A stretch of DNA of 64,000 bases from an uncultured Acidobacteriota bacterium (GCA_963804795.1 CAWDRS010000012.1:65606-129605), one strand, 5' to 3'. Numbered from the stretch's first letter, positions 39,680 to 50,445 are shown. Notes: generated by a model from the letters alone, not told the origin. A program made the numbers and translations.

Positions 39680-40519
39680 ATGGATATTCAGACTCTGCTG
39701 AGCATTCGTGAGACCAAGGCTCGCACCTTGGACGGCGTCCTTCGCCTTAAAGACAGATTCGTGCGGTACGTGGAACTGTTGAAGGGCGTGAGCAACGGCA
39801 GCAATTCTGTCGAGGAAGTCAACAAAGCCCAACACGAACGACTCCTTCGGTTGCGAAACGACGAAAACCGTTTCAACGAATGGGACAACGGGGAACAGAT
39901 GCTGAATCCGGACGTGTTCGGGCTAGCGGAGTCACCGAATGAATACCTGAAGCCGTCCTTGCTTTCCAGTGCTTCAGAGCGAGCGATTGCAAAGTTCGAC
40001 CATCTAGTCGAAGAAGCTCGCGACGAACTCACGGAAGTCGAAGCACAGATTGTTGCCATGACACCGGCAAGCGGGCATCCTGTCCCAAGCGAAGCCCTGT
40101 TTGGCAAGGGGCAGCAGTACGACGCACTCCGTCAGGTGCAAGCGATTCTCAACGGCGCGAAGCGTCAGATTCAAATTGTGGATGGGTACATCGACGCGCG
40201 CGTTTTGGATTTGCTAAAAGACAAAAACGCCGCTGTCAGGGTCGAAATCCTGACCAAAGAACAAAGCGCGAAGCCGTCGGTGACGTTGGCAGCCAATGCT
40301 TTCAATCAGCAATACAAAGGGCTGGAGCTTCGCACTTCAAACGTTTTTCACGACCGCTTTGTCATCATCGATGATGAGGATGTCTACCACTTCGGGGCGT
40401 CGATAAAGGACGCTGGCAAGTCCGGTTTCATGTTCACGAGGATTGAGGGACCTGACATGAAGGAGGCTGTCAGGCGAAGCTGGACCGCGGCGTGGGGCGC
40501 CGCGAAACTGGTAACGTAG
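39680..40519 (+). CDS. uncharacterised protein: coiled-coil N-terminal half plus degenerate PLD-fold-like C-terminal domain (HDR instead of HxK)
   Basis: Starts 4 nt after the pAgo stop. The C-terminus reads RQIQIVDGYIDARVLDLLKD...VRVEILTKE...LELRTSNVFHDRFVIIDDEDVYHFGASIKDAGKSGFMFTRIE (HDR codons 40349-40357). Confidence 0.6.
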   Translation: MDIQTLLSIRETKARTLDGVLRLKDRFVRYVELLKGVSNGSNSVEEVNKAQHERLLRLRNDENRFNEWDNGEQMLNPDVFGLAESPNEYLKPSLLSSASERAIAKFDHLVEEARDELTEVEAQIVAMTPASGHPVPSEALFGKGQQYDALRQVQAILNGAKRQIQIVDGYIDARVLDLLKDKNAAVRVEILTKEQSAKPSVTLAANAFNQQYKGLELRTSNVFHDRFVIIDDEDVYHFGASIKDAGKSGFMFTRIEGPDMKEAVRRSWTAAWGAAKLVT

Positions 40520-40533
40520 TCGAGAGGTTCGTC

Positions 40534-40899
40534 ATGAGCGCAGACGATTTCCGACAACTCTTCCACCTGACGCCCAGCCGCTGGGTCGAAGGGAAGTCCG
40601 CCAGCTACGCCCGAATTGAGGACTGGGAGACTGACCGTCCTGCAGATGCACTGGAGACGTGGGAAGAGCATCTGACGCAAAGCTCCATTTACTCACCTAC
40701 GTATTCGTCCAAGAAGTTGCTGTGGCGGCATCCGGAGCATTCTCAGGAAGAATGCGATGATGCCATCGCCGCTCAGTTCAAAAAGCCGTTTCACGGCGAT
40801 GCACCGGGACCGCTAGACGGCAACCGGCGCGAACAAAGAAGCGGCACAGCGAAGCCGAAGCCGGACACTCCGCCGCGCCTTCGATTTGACGACGAATAA
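40534..40899 (+). CDS. hypothetical protein (121 aa)
   Basis: Open frame with a start 14 nt after the previous stop, co-directional with its neighbours. No recognisable motif (MSADDFRQLFHLTPSRWVEGKSASYARIEDWETDRP...). Confidence 0.35.
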   Translation: MSADDFRQLFHLTPSRWVEGKSASYARIEDWETDRPADALETWEEHLTQSSIYSPTYSSKKLLWRHPEHSQEECDDAIAAQFKKPFHGDAPGPLDGNRREQRSGTAKPKPDTPPRLRFDDE

Positions 40900-40949
40900 C
40901 TGACGATTCGACCCGTCCCCGTTCGTTCAGTCTCAGGTGATTGAAGTCC

Positions 40950-42489
40950 ATGCTCACAGGCGAAATCCGCAGCCAAATCGACGCCATCTGGAACGCCTTC
41001 TGGACCGGCGGCATCTCGAACCCGCTGGAAGTCATCGAGCAGATTACCTATCTGCTGTTCCTGAAGCGACTGGACGACCTGCACACGCTGGAAGAGAACA
41101 AGGCCGCACGGCTGAAGAAGCCGATCGAGCGGCGCATCTTCCCCGAAGGCGCGGACCCGAAGGGTCGTCCCTACGAAGACCTTCGGTGGTCGCGGTTCAA
41201 GAACCTCGCGCCAGCCGAGATGTTCACGCGTCGTCAACGACCACGTGTTCCCGTTCCTGCGGACGCTGGGCGGCGACGACTCGACCTACGCCCATCACAT
41301 GAAGGACGCCCGGTTCACGATTCCGACTCCGGCGCTGCTGGCGAAGGTCGTGGACATGCTGGACCACGTCCCGATGGACGACCGGGACACGAAGGGCGAC
41401 CTGTACGAATACATGCTCGGCAAGATTGCGACGGCTGGGCAGAACGGGCAGTTCCGGACGCCCCGGCACATCATCCGCCTGATGGTCGAGATGATGGAGC
41501 CGACCGCCACGGACGTGATTTGCGACCCGGCCTGCGGCACATGCGGGTTCCTGGTGGCAGCGGGTGAACATCTCCGCGAGCGGCATCCCGAGATTCTGCG
41601 AGACGCCACCAGCCGAGAGCATTTCCACCACGGGATGTTCCACGGGTTCGACTTCGACAACACGATGCTCCGCATCGGCAGCATGAACATGCTGCTGCAC
41701 GGCGTCGAGAACCCGGACATCCGCTATCGGGATTCGCTGGCGCAGGACCACGCGGGCGAAGACGAGAAATACACGCTGGTGCTGGCGAACCCGCCGTTCG
41801 CCGGGTCGCTGGACTACGAGACGGTCGCCAAGGACTTGCTGGCGGTCGTCAAGACGAAGAAGACCGAACTGCTGTTTCTGGCGCTGTTCATTCGGCTGCT
41901 GAAGCCCGGTGGACGGGCAGCGGTCATCGTGCCGGACGGCGTGCTGTTCGGGTCGTCCAAGGCCCACAAGGAACTGCGGCGGATTCTGGTTGAGGACCAA
42001 AAGCTGGATGCGGTGATTTCGCTGCCCAGCGGTGTGTTCCGTCCCTACGCGGGTGTCTCGACGGCGATTCTGACGTTCACGAAGACGAACTCGGGCGGCA
42101 CGGACTTCGTGTGGTTCTACGACGTGGATGCGGACGGATGGAGCCTGGACGACAAGCGGACGCCGCTGCTGCCGGACGAGAAGCTGGGTCCGCTTCCGAA
42201 GCAGCCGCTGACGGCAGACGAGCACGAGAAGAACAACCTGCCGGACGTGCTGGCGCGATGGAGCCAACACGCCAAGGCTGAACGGGAACGTCCCCGAACG
42301 GCTCAGAGTTTCTGCGTGCCCAAGGCGGACATCGCTGCCGCTGGCTACGACCTGTCGCTGAACCGCTACAAGGAAGTCGTCCACGAAGAAGTGCAGCACC
42401 GGGCACCGAAGGACATTCTGGCGGACCTTGAGAAGCTGGAAGCGGAGATTCAGCAGGGACTCAAGGAACTTGAAGGGATGCTGAAGTGA
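40950..42489 (+). pseudogene. hsdM: type I restriction-modification methyltransferase subunit HsdM; one frame break (~41229)
   Basis: HsdM_N (IRSQIDAIWNAFWTGGISNPLEVIEQITYLLFLKRLDD), AdoMet motif DPACGTCGFL, catalytic LANPPFAGS. AGGTGA RBS at 40935-40940. Confidence 0.9.
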
Positions 42490-43735
42490 GCTGCGACGTG
42501 GCCGACGAGTTGACGCTCGGCGAATCGACTGCTGTTCGAGATCGGCGACCGTCGGAAGGCACTCGGCCGCCGACGAATCGGCGACTTCGTGCAGGGCGGT
42601 CCATGCATTCGAGAATCGAATCTCGGCGTACGAGTCGGCGACTTCGCTGACACGGTCGTATGTCAGCAAGAGCACGAGCGCAATCGACTGCGCGACGGCA
42701 ATCTCGCGATCGGTGACGTTCTGCTCAGCTCAACGCGGCATCGCTTGGCCAAGTCGCACGGCGACTTCCGCAGACTGAACGATTCGACTACGCGACTTCG
42801 CCAGCATTCGTGACGAAGCTGAGCTCCGACACCCGTCGACGTTCGACATCGTCTTCACTTGCTGGCTTCAATACGCCGGATGCACTGAGCTCGAGCTGCT
42901 CGGCGCAGGCGGCGACGGTCAACGACATCTGACATCGGCATAGTGCAGCGTTCGCAGTTCCTCTCCCGCCCCTTCCCGAACAACGCCGCATCGCGGCCAT
43001 CTTGGACAAAGCGGACGAGTTGCGGGCGAAGCGACGGGCAGCGTTGGAGCAACTGAACGGTCTCACGCAGTCGATGTTCTTGGAGATGTTCGGTGACCCG
43101 GTGACGAATCCGACAGGGTTGGCAACTCGTGCCGCATTGGTCGACGTTGCGTCGAGGCACTCGCTAACGGCGGTCCGTCGAAGCCATCGCAGAATACGTG
43201 CGACGGCGAGAGTGCCGTCTATGAGCACGAGTCACTGCGATTGCGGCGACGTACGCGTCATCTGATGACGATCACTGCACGTCGAAGTACACGCTGACCG
43301 ACATGACGCTCAGACGTGAAGCACGGTGACAGTCGGCGACTGTTCTGTCACGAAGCGCTGCGACATTGGCGTGCAATGCTCGTGCGAGGTCGACACGCGC
43401 GATGCCGTATGCGTGCTGACATCAGACGTTTGCTGCGATCGTCTGACACGCAGATCGAGCCGCGATATCTGCGTCAGCATTGTCGAGACTCAGCCTACGC
43501 AACGCGAGCTTGGCCAGACGTGACAGACCGGCATCGCAGATCGATCGAACTATCATGAAGTCAAAGCTTCGCAGTTCACGATTATCGCTGCCACCGCTGA
43601 CTCTGCAGCGAGAGTTTCGCACGACGGTTGGCAGCCGTGGAGCGACTGAGACGCTGCAGCGAGATCGCCGTCGCAGCAGTTGATGACGCTCTGTTCGCAT
43701 CTCTTCAGCACCAAGCCTTCAGCGGAGCACTCTGA
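42486..43735 (+). pseudogene. hsdS: type I R-M specificity subunit HsdS; multiply disrupted
   Basis: Right length and position (GTGA overlap with hsdM; stop 2 nt before hsdR). The conserved central helix is recognisable ([51 protein letters not shown]). So is the conserved C-terminal region (LPPLTLQREF...LFASLQHQAFSGAL-stop). The variable target-recognition regions contain stops in every frame. Confidence 0.6.
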
Positions 43736-43737
43736 CG

Positions 43738-46700
43738 GTGAGCAACTTCGCCTTCCTGCAGCCGGAGTGGGCGACACTCCACGAATCGGCGCGGAAGGCT
43801 GAACGGCTGGTCTACGCCGACCCACGGGCATCCTGCTTCTACGCCCGTCGCGCCTTGGAACTCGCCGTGTCGTGGCTCTACAAACACGACAGCGGGCTGC
43901 GCTTGCCGTATCAGGACCACCTGAGTGCCCTGATTCACGAACCGACGTTCCGGCAGACCGTGGGCGATGCCGTCTTCAACAAGGCGCGGGTCATCAAAGA
44001 CCTTGGCAATCTCGCCGTCCACAGCCAGCGTCCGGTGCGGCAGTTCGATGCGCTGACGGCGACCAAGGAACTGTTCCACGTCTGCTACTGGCTGGCGCAC
44101 ACCTACTCGACAGGCGCGAAGCCCGCCGCTGGCCTGACGTTCGACCCCGCCAGCGTGCCGAAGCCCGCAGCGGCTCCGACACCCGCAGCCGTCCCGACGC
44201 AGACCGTTGACCAACTGAAACGGCTGGAACAGGAACTCCGCGAACGAGACGAGAAGCTGTCGGCGCTGCTGGCCGACCGGACGACGCTGGATGCCGAACT
44301 GGTGCGGCTCCGTGAGGAAGTGGCGGCGGCGAAGAAGGCCAACACCGCCACGCCCGACGCGCACGACTATTCCGAAGCCGAGACCCGCGATTTCTTCATC
44401 GACCTGCTGCTGAAGGAAGCGGGCTGGGCACTGGACCGGCCACAGGACCGCGAATACGAAGTCACGGGGATGCCCAACGCCGAAGGCAAGGGCTTCGTGG
44501 ACTACGTGCTGTGGGGCGACGACGGGAAGCCGCTGGGTCTGGTGGAAGCCAAGCGCACCAAGCGGGATGCCCGCGTCGGTCAACAGCAAGCGAAGCTGTA
44601 TGCCGACTGTCTAGAGAAGCAGTTCGGCCAGCGTCCCGTCATCTTCTACTCGAACGGCTACGACCACTGGCTGTGGGACGACACGAACTACCCGCCCCGT
44701 CCGGTGCAGGGGTTCTACAAGAAGGCCGAACTCCAACTGCTGGTGCAGCGGCGAACGACCCGCAAGGCGCTGGCGGATGCGCCCATCAACGACGCCATCG
44801 TGGAGCGGTTCTACCAGACCCGCGCCATCCGCCGCATTGCGGAGACGTTCGAGAGGGACCACCAGCGGAAAGCCTTGGTCGTCATGGCGACCGGCGCGGG
44901 CAAGACCCGCACGGTCATTGCCCTGTGCGACTTGCTGATGCGGTGCAACTGGGTCAAGCGGGTGCTGTTCCTGGCCGACCGCATCGCACTGGTCAACCAA
45001 GCCGTCAACGCCTTCAAGAAGCATCTGCCGGATTCGTCGCCGGTCAATCTGGTGACGGACAAGGACGAAGAGGGTCGGGTGTTCGTCTCCACGTATCCGA
45101 CGATGATGGGCCTGATTGACGACGCCACGGACGGGCAGCGTCGGTTCGGCGTCGGGCACTTCGACGTGGTCATCATCGATGAAGCCCACCGGTCGGTGTA
45201 TCAGAAATACGGGGCCATCTTCGACTACTTCGATTCGCTGCTGGTCGGACTGACCGCCACGCCGAAGGACGAAATCGACCGGAACACCTACCGGCTCTTT
45301 GACCTTGAACGGGGTGTCCCGACCGATGCCTACGCGCTTGGACGACGCGGTGAACGACGGCTTTCTGGTCCCGGCCAAAGCCGTGGCCGTGCCGCTCAGG
45401 TTCCCGCGAGAGGGCATCAAGTACGCCGACCTGTCGGAAGAAGAACAGGAACAGTGGGACGCACTGGAATGGGACGACGAAGGCCACGCGCCGGACCACG
45501 TGGAAGCCGCCGCCGTCAACCGCTGGCTGTTCAACGAAGACACGGTGGACAAGGTGCTGGAACACCTGATGACCCGTGGGCAGACCGTGGCGGGTGGGGA
45601 CCGGCTCGGCAAGACCATCGTCTTCGCGAAGAACAACGACCACGCCCTGTTCATCGCGGACCGGTTCAACAAGAACTACCCGCACTACAAGGGCGAGTTC
45701 GCCCGGGTCATCACGTTCAAGACGGAATACGCCCAGAGCCTGATTGACAGCTTCGCCAATCCCGCGAAGTCGCCGCACATCGCCATCTCCGTGGACATGC
45801 TGGACACGGGCATCGACATCCCCGAAGTCGTCAATCTCGTGTTCTTCAAGCTGGTGCGGTCGAAGACGAAGTTCTGGCAGATGGTCGGACGCGGCACCCG
45901 GCTGTGTCCCGACCTGTTCGGTCCCGGCAAGGACAAGGAGTTCTTCTACCTGTTCGACTACTGCCAGAACCTGGAGTTCTTCAGCCAGAAGATGCCGACG
46001 ACGGACGGTGCGCTGGGCGAATCGCTGGGCACACGCCTGTTCAAGACGCGCGTCGGACTGCTTGTGGCGTTGGACCAGCGGCTTGCGGAAGTCGGCATCG
46101 GTCCGTTCGCGACGGCTGGACGGCATGGCGAGAGAGGCCAGTCCCGCCTACGGCGAGACGGAGCACGGCGTGCGTGACGAGACCGCGACGTTGCTGCGGT
46201 CACAGGTCGCCGCGATGAATCTCGACAACTTCATCGTCCGTCCGAAGCGTCGGTTCGTGGAGCGATACGCGCAGGAAGAACCGTGGAAGAAGCTGGGCGA
46301 GGAACAGGTCGGAGAGTTGGTGCAGGAAGTCGCATCGCTGCCGACCGAACTCACCGACGACGACGAAGAGGCCAAGCGGTTCGACTTGCTGATGCTGAAC
46401 CTGCAACTGGCCGTGCTGCACGTCAAGCCGGGGTTCGAGCGTCTGAAGGAGCAGGTGCGGTCCATCGTCGGGATGCTGGAAGACAAGAGCAGCATTCCGA
46501 TGGTGCGGGAGCAGATGCCGCTGATTGACGCCGTGGCCGGTGAGGAATGGTGGCAGGACGTGACCGTGCCGATGCTGGAAACGGCGCGGAAGCGGCTGCG
46601 GTTGCTCATCAAGCTGATTGAGAAGGTCCATCGGAAGCCGGTCTACACCGACTTCGAGGACCAGATGGGTGCCGAGACCGCCGTTCCCGCTGCCCGAGTT

Positions 46701-47186
46701 CACAGCGTGGCCGACCGCACGAAGTTCGTGGCGAAGGCGCGGCAGTTCCTCAAGGCGAACGAGAATCACATCACCATTCCCGACTGCGGCTCAACCAGCC
46801 GTTGACGGCATCGGACCTCGCTGAACTCGAACGCATGATGGTGGACGCCGGGGTCGGGACGGCGGACGACATCGCACGGGAAAAGGAGCAAGAGCCAAGG
46901 GCTTGGGCGTGTTCATCCGGTCGCTGGTCGGCTTGGACCGGGAAGCGGCGAAGCAGGCGTTCAGCCAGTTCTTGTCGGGCGGGACGGCGACGGCGAACCA
47001 GGTCGAGTTCGTGAACATGATCGTGGACTACCTGACCGAGAACGGCGTGATGGACCCGAAGCGGCTCTACGAGTCGCCGTTCACGGACGTGAGCCCGAGA
47101 GGTCCAGAGGGCGTGTTTTCGTCCGTGCAGGTGGACCAACTCGTGGCGGTCTGGCGGAGATTCGGGAACGGGCGGCGGCGGCGTAG
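43738..47186 (+). pseudogene. hsdR: type I restriction enzyme R subunit HsdR (DUF4145-type N-terminus); at least four frame breaks
   Basis: SNFAFLQPEWATLHESARKAE..., VMATGAGKTRT, VIIDEAHRS, LVGLTATP and MLDTGIDIPEVVNLVFF. The C-terminal EcoEI_R_C-like part ends, after frame correction, in LVAVLAEIRERAAAA-stop (TAG 47184-47186). Confidence 0.9.
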
Positions 47187-47203
47187 TGTCCAAAAGGACG
47201 CCT

Positions 47204-47860
47204 ATGGAGAACACCGGCGCACTGACACTGTCGCAGCATCTCTTGGATGAGGCGAACCGCTTCATGTTTTATCCCGTCAAGTCTCGGAGAGACCGCATTA
47301 CGCTTGCCGCTCAGAAAACGCTCGATGCTGCCATGAGGCATCTCTTGGAGTGGCGAAAGACGTTCGTGCCGGATGAGCACCGAAAGGCGCTTGAGATTCT
47401 TTGGTCGAACCCCACGCTCTTGAACCAGATTCACTGTCGTCAGCAACTTTCGGCGGTCCCTGACATTGTCGAAAGAACTCTCGCGTTACGGTCACTGACG
47501 CTGGCGGGTATTCCTGATGCGGAATCGCTCGCGTACCTGCGAGAGGCTGCGAACAGCTACATCTTGGGACTCCCGCTCGCGACGGTTGCTCTCTCGCGTG
47601 CAGCCGTCGAACGTGCGCTTAAACAGGCCTGCGCGAAGCGATTCGGAGCCCGCGCAGTCGAAGAGGCGTGTCTTGACGAGGTAATCGAGCGATTCGCGCC
47701 CAGCGTGCTGAGCAAGGGCGCGTGCGCCTTGGCGAACATCGTTCGGAAAAAGGGAAACGAGGTTCTGCACCCAAAGGGTCGCACCGCGCCAAGTGTGGCA
47801 GCATCGCTACAGGTACTGGAAGCGGCGCGGGATGTTCTTCGAGACCTTCCTCGAGTCTAG
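47204..47860 (+). CDS. DUF4145-like protein
   Basis: The C-terminal pattern is ATVALSRAAVERALKQACAKRFG...ALANIVRKKGNEVLHPKG. It resembles the DUF4145 helix pair also seen at the HsdR N-terminus. Confidence 0.5.
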   Translation: MENTGALTLSQHLLDEANRFMFYPVKSRRDRITLAAQKTLDAAMRHLLEWRKTFVPDEHRKALEILWSNPTLLNQIHCRQQLSAVPDIVERTLALRSLTLAGIPDAESLAYLREAANSYILGLPLATVALSRAAVERALKQACAKRFGARAVEEACLDEVIERFAPSVLSKGACALANIVRKKGNEVLHPKGRTAPSVAASLQVLEAARDVLRDLPRV

Positions 47861-47909
47861 CTGCGCCGATGCGCGCATACTTGGATTCACCACGTCACAA
47901 GGCGCAAGC

Positions 47910-48017
47910 ATGAACCGCGTTGTGCTCATTTCATGCGCTAGCCGGAAGCTTCAGCACCGTGCGAAGGCGGCGGACCTGTACGTCAGCGACCTGTTTCGTC
48001 TGAGTCTTGGGTTTGCT
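47910..48017 (+). pseudogene. 5' fragment of a DUF6884-like gene, truncated by IS66 insertion
   Basis: MNRVVLISCASRKLQHRAKAADLYVSDLFRLSLGFA stops exactly at the IS terminal repeat GTAAGACCTCGCC (48018). Confidence 0.4.
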
Positions 48018-48090
48018 GTAAGACCTCGCCGCGCCCCGTCTAGTCAAATGCGCCTCGGCGGTCCACACTTCTCCGCACCAGGAGGATGGG

Positions 48091-48449
48091 ATGGATCACG
48101 ACGTGAAGGCGTTTCGTGCGGCGGCGGGGCGGGAGAATGGGAGCCGGACGGGCCTGCAGCGGCGGTACTCGCCGGCGTTGCGCGCGCAGGCGGTGCGCTG
48201 CTGGCGCGTGCGGCGGCGAGCGGGCGAGTCGCTGCGTGATGTGGCGGTGGCGCTGGGCGTGGCGCCGTGGAGTCTCCATCGCTGGACGCGGTCATCGCCG
48301 ACGCGAACGCGCTTCATCCCGTGCAGGTGGTGTCGGCTGCGGCGCCGAGCGTCGATGGGGGCATCGTCGTCGTGCTCAACGGGGAGAGCACGCGGGTGGA
48401 AGGCCTGGACGTGGTGTCCGTCGCGCGGTTGCTCGGGCTGCTGCGATGA
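48091..48449 (+). pseudogene. tnpA: IS66 TnpA (orf1), copy 1; one frame break ~48290
   Basis: RYSPALRAQAVRCWRVRRRAGESLRDVAVALGVAPWSLHRWTR, then in another frame VVVLNGESTRVEGLDVVSVARLLGLLR. Confidence 0.7.
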
Positions 48450-48826
48450 GATGGCATGGCCGGCGCGTGACGGTGTATGCGTACGGGCGCCCGACCGACA
48501 TGCGCAAAGGCTTTGATGGGCTCTCGGCCCTCGTGACGCAGGACTTGGCGCGCGACCCGCTCAGCGGCGAGATCTTCATCTTCGTCAGCCGCGATCGCGT
48601 CAGGACCAAAGTGCTCCAGTGGGACGGCACCGGGTTATGCGTGTACGCGAAGCGTCTGGAGCGCGGGCGGTTCGCGTCTCTTTGGCGTGACGACGCCGAC
48701 CCGCCGATCGCGCTGACGATCACCGAGCTCGATCTCTTTCTCGACGGCAGCACGTTGGTGGGGCGTGTCGCGCTATCGCCGCCGGCGATCACGCACTTTT
48801 CGCTTGCGTCGGATCGTGCCAAATAA
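48446..48826 (+). CDS. tnpB: IS66 accessory protein TnpB (orf2), copy 1
   Basis: MRWHGRRVTVYAYGRPTDMRKGFDGLSALVTQDLARDPLSGEIFIFVSRDRVRTKVLQWDGTGLCVYAKRLERGRF. ATGA overlap with tnpA. Confidence 0.85.
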   Translation: MRWHGRRVTVYAYGRPTDMRKGFDGLSALVTQDLARDPLSGEIFIFVSRDRVRTKVLQWDGTGLCVYAKRLERGRFASLWRDDADPPIALTITELDLFLDGSTLVGRVALSPPAITHFSLASDRAK

Positions 48827-48954
48827 TAAAATGAATTCTTGGATTGTGGAGCTTACCTACGAGGGGGATGTCGACACGCTTCGCCAGATTGAGTGTAAGT
48901 CCTCGCCGTGGCCCGTCGGTCCTCGTTCAGTGACGGCTCGCGGCCGGCCGGAGT

Positions 48955-50441
48955 TCAGGCGGTCGGGAGGAGCGTGTCCGGCAGCGTGACGGTGCCGGGG
49001 CCGGCGAGTGCGGCGTCGATCGCGACGGTCAGATACGCGTGGGCATCGACCCCGATGAGGCGTGCGCTTTCGCAGAGGGTGTAGAAGAGGGCCGCGACCT
49101 GCGTCCCGCGCAGCGAGCGCGAGCCGTAATGATTCTTGCGGCCGACGACGGGACCCCGCAGCGCGCGTTCCGCGGCGTTGTTGTCGAGCGGGATCCGCGG
49201 ATCGGTGAGAAAGCGCGTCAGGCCGGCCCACCGCTCGAGCATGTAGCGGACGGCCTTGCCGAAGTCGCTGCGGGGCAAGCCGACCTGTACAGTGGCCCAG
49301 TCCCAGATGCGATCGAGCACCGGCTGCGATCGCTCGCGGCGGAGCTGGTGGCGTAACGCTTGGGCCTCGGCGTTGCCAGGGAACGGACCGGGCACCTCGC
49401 GTTCGATCGCGTAGAGCTCGCCGATCAGTCCGGCGATCGCCTCACACGCGACCGGCCACTGGTCCGCGATGTCGTCGTACTTGCGTTTCGCGTGCGCCCA
49501 GCAATGCGCGAGCGTGAAGCCCGGCCCGTCGCGCGCGAGCACCTCGTACACCGCGAATCCATCCACGACCGCGATCCCGCGATACCCGGCCAGCACCTGG
49601 CGCCCTTCCTCCGTCGACTTGCCCGGCAGGATGCGATAGAACGACTCGGTCGGCGTGCGCACGGTCCACACCGTGCCGGCCGCCGGCTTGGCCGAGCCCA
49701 TGATCGCCCACCGGGTTTCGTCGACGTTGATCACCGGCGCCTCAAGGGCCCGGCGGCCCAGCGCCTCGTAGGTCGGCTCCAGATGGCGCGCCAGCGCGTT
49801 GAGCTGATCCCACAGCGTCTGCGATTCGACGATCAGCCCTTCGCGCGCCATCATCCGGACCTGGCGTTCGAGCGGCAGATGATCCGCGTACTTCGCGACG
49901 GCGACGCCCACGGCAAACGCCGGCGCATAGCGCCGCCGGGGATGAGCTGCGCCGGGCCGGGCGCCGTCACGACCGCGCCGTTGCACCCGCAGCGGTACTT
50001 CTGCCGGAGATGCTGTTCGATGTGGTACGTGAGCTTCACCGTGGTCACGCGCTCCGACGTCTCGTCTGGCCCGCCATGGCGGTCACCTCGCCGCCGCACG
50101 CCGGACACGCGCGTTGATCCGGCGCGAGCTCGTGACGGATCTCGACGGTGGGCAACGTGGGCTGCGCGCGCGGGCCGTGCCCCGGTCGTGCCGGCCGCGG
50201 GCGCCGGCGGCGGGCGGGCGCGGCGCGCGCGCCAAGGCCTGCGCGCGCGCCTGCTCGAGCGCTGTCGGAGCGCGAGTTCGAGTTGCTCGGGATCGGCCAC
50301 GCCGCGCAGGCGCGCGAGCTCCGCGGTCAGCTGCAGATTCTTGGCGATGAGGCGCTGGTTTTCACGATCGAGGAGGAGGCTGATCTGGCGCAGCGTGTCG
50401 AGGTCGCGCTCGTCCGTGAGCTCCACCATGCAGGAGAGCAT
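48955..50441 (-). pseudogene. tnpC: IS66 transposase TnpC, copy 2; frame breaks in the N-terminal third
   Basis: N-terminus MLSCMVELTDERDLDTLRQISLLLDRENQRLIAKNLQLTAELARLRG. The zinc-finger region is frame-shifted. The C-terminal 343 aa are intact (VINVDETRW...AHCWAHAKRKY...PLDNNAAERALRGPVVGRKN). Confidence 0.85.
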
Positions 50442-50445
50442 TTGA

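Larger units (their letters stand above)
48018..48894 (+). mobile_element. IS66-family element, copy 1 (left end, tnpA, tnpB, first ~21 codons of tnpC), interrupted by copy 2
   Basis: Terminal repeat GTAAGACCTCGCCGCGCCCCGTCTAGTCAAA at 48018. The tnpC start MNSWIVELTYEGDVDTLRQIE is cut at 48894. Confidence 0.75.

Noticed and set aside
42788-43228. A 146-aa minus-strand ORF inside hsdS.
   Set aside because: It is antisense to the clearly recognisable conserved HsdS central helix ([19 protein letters not shown]) and has no motif of its own.
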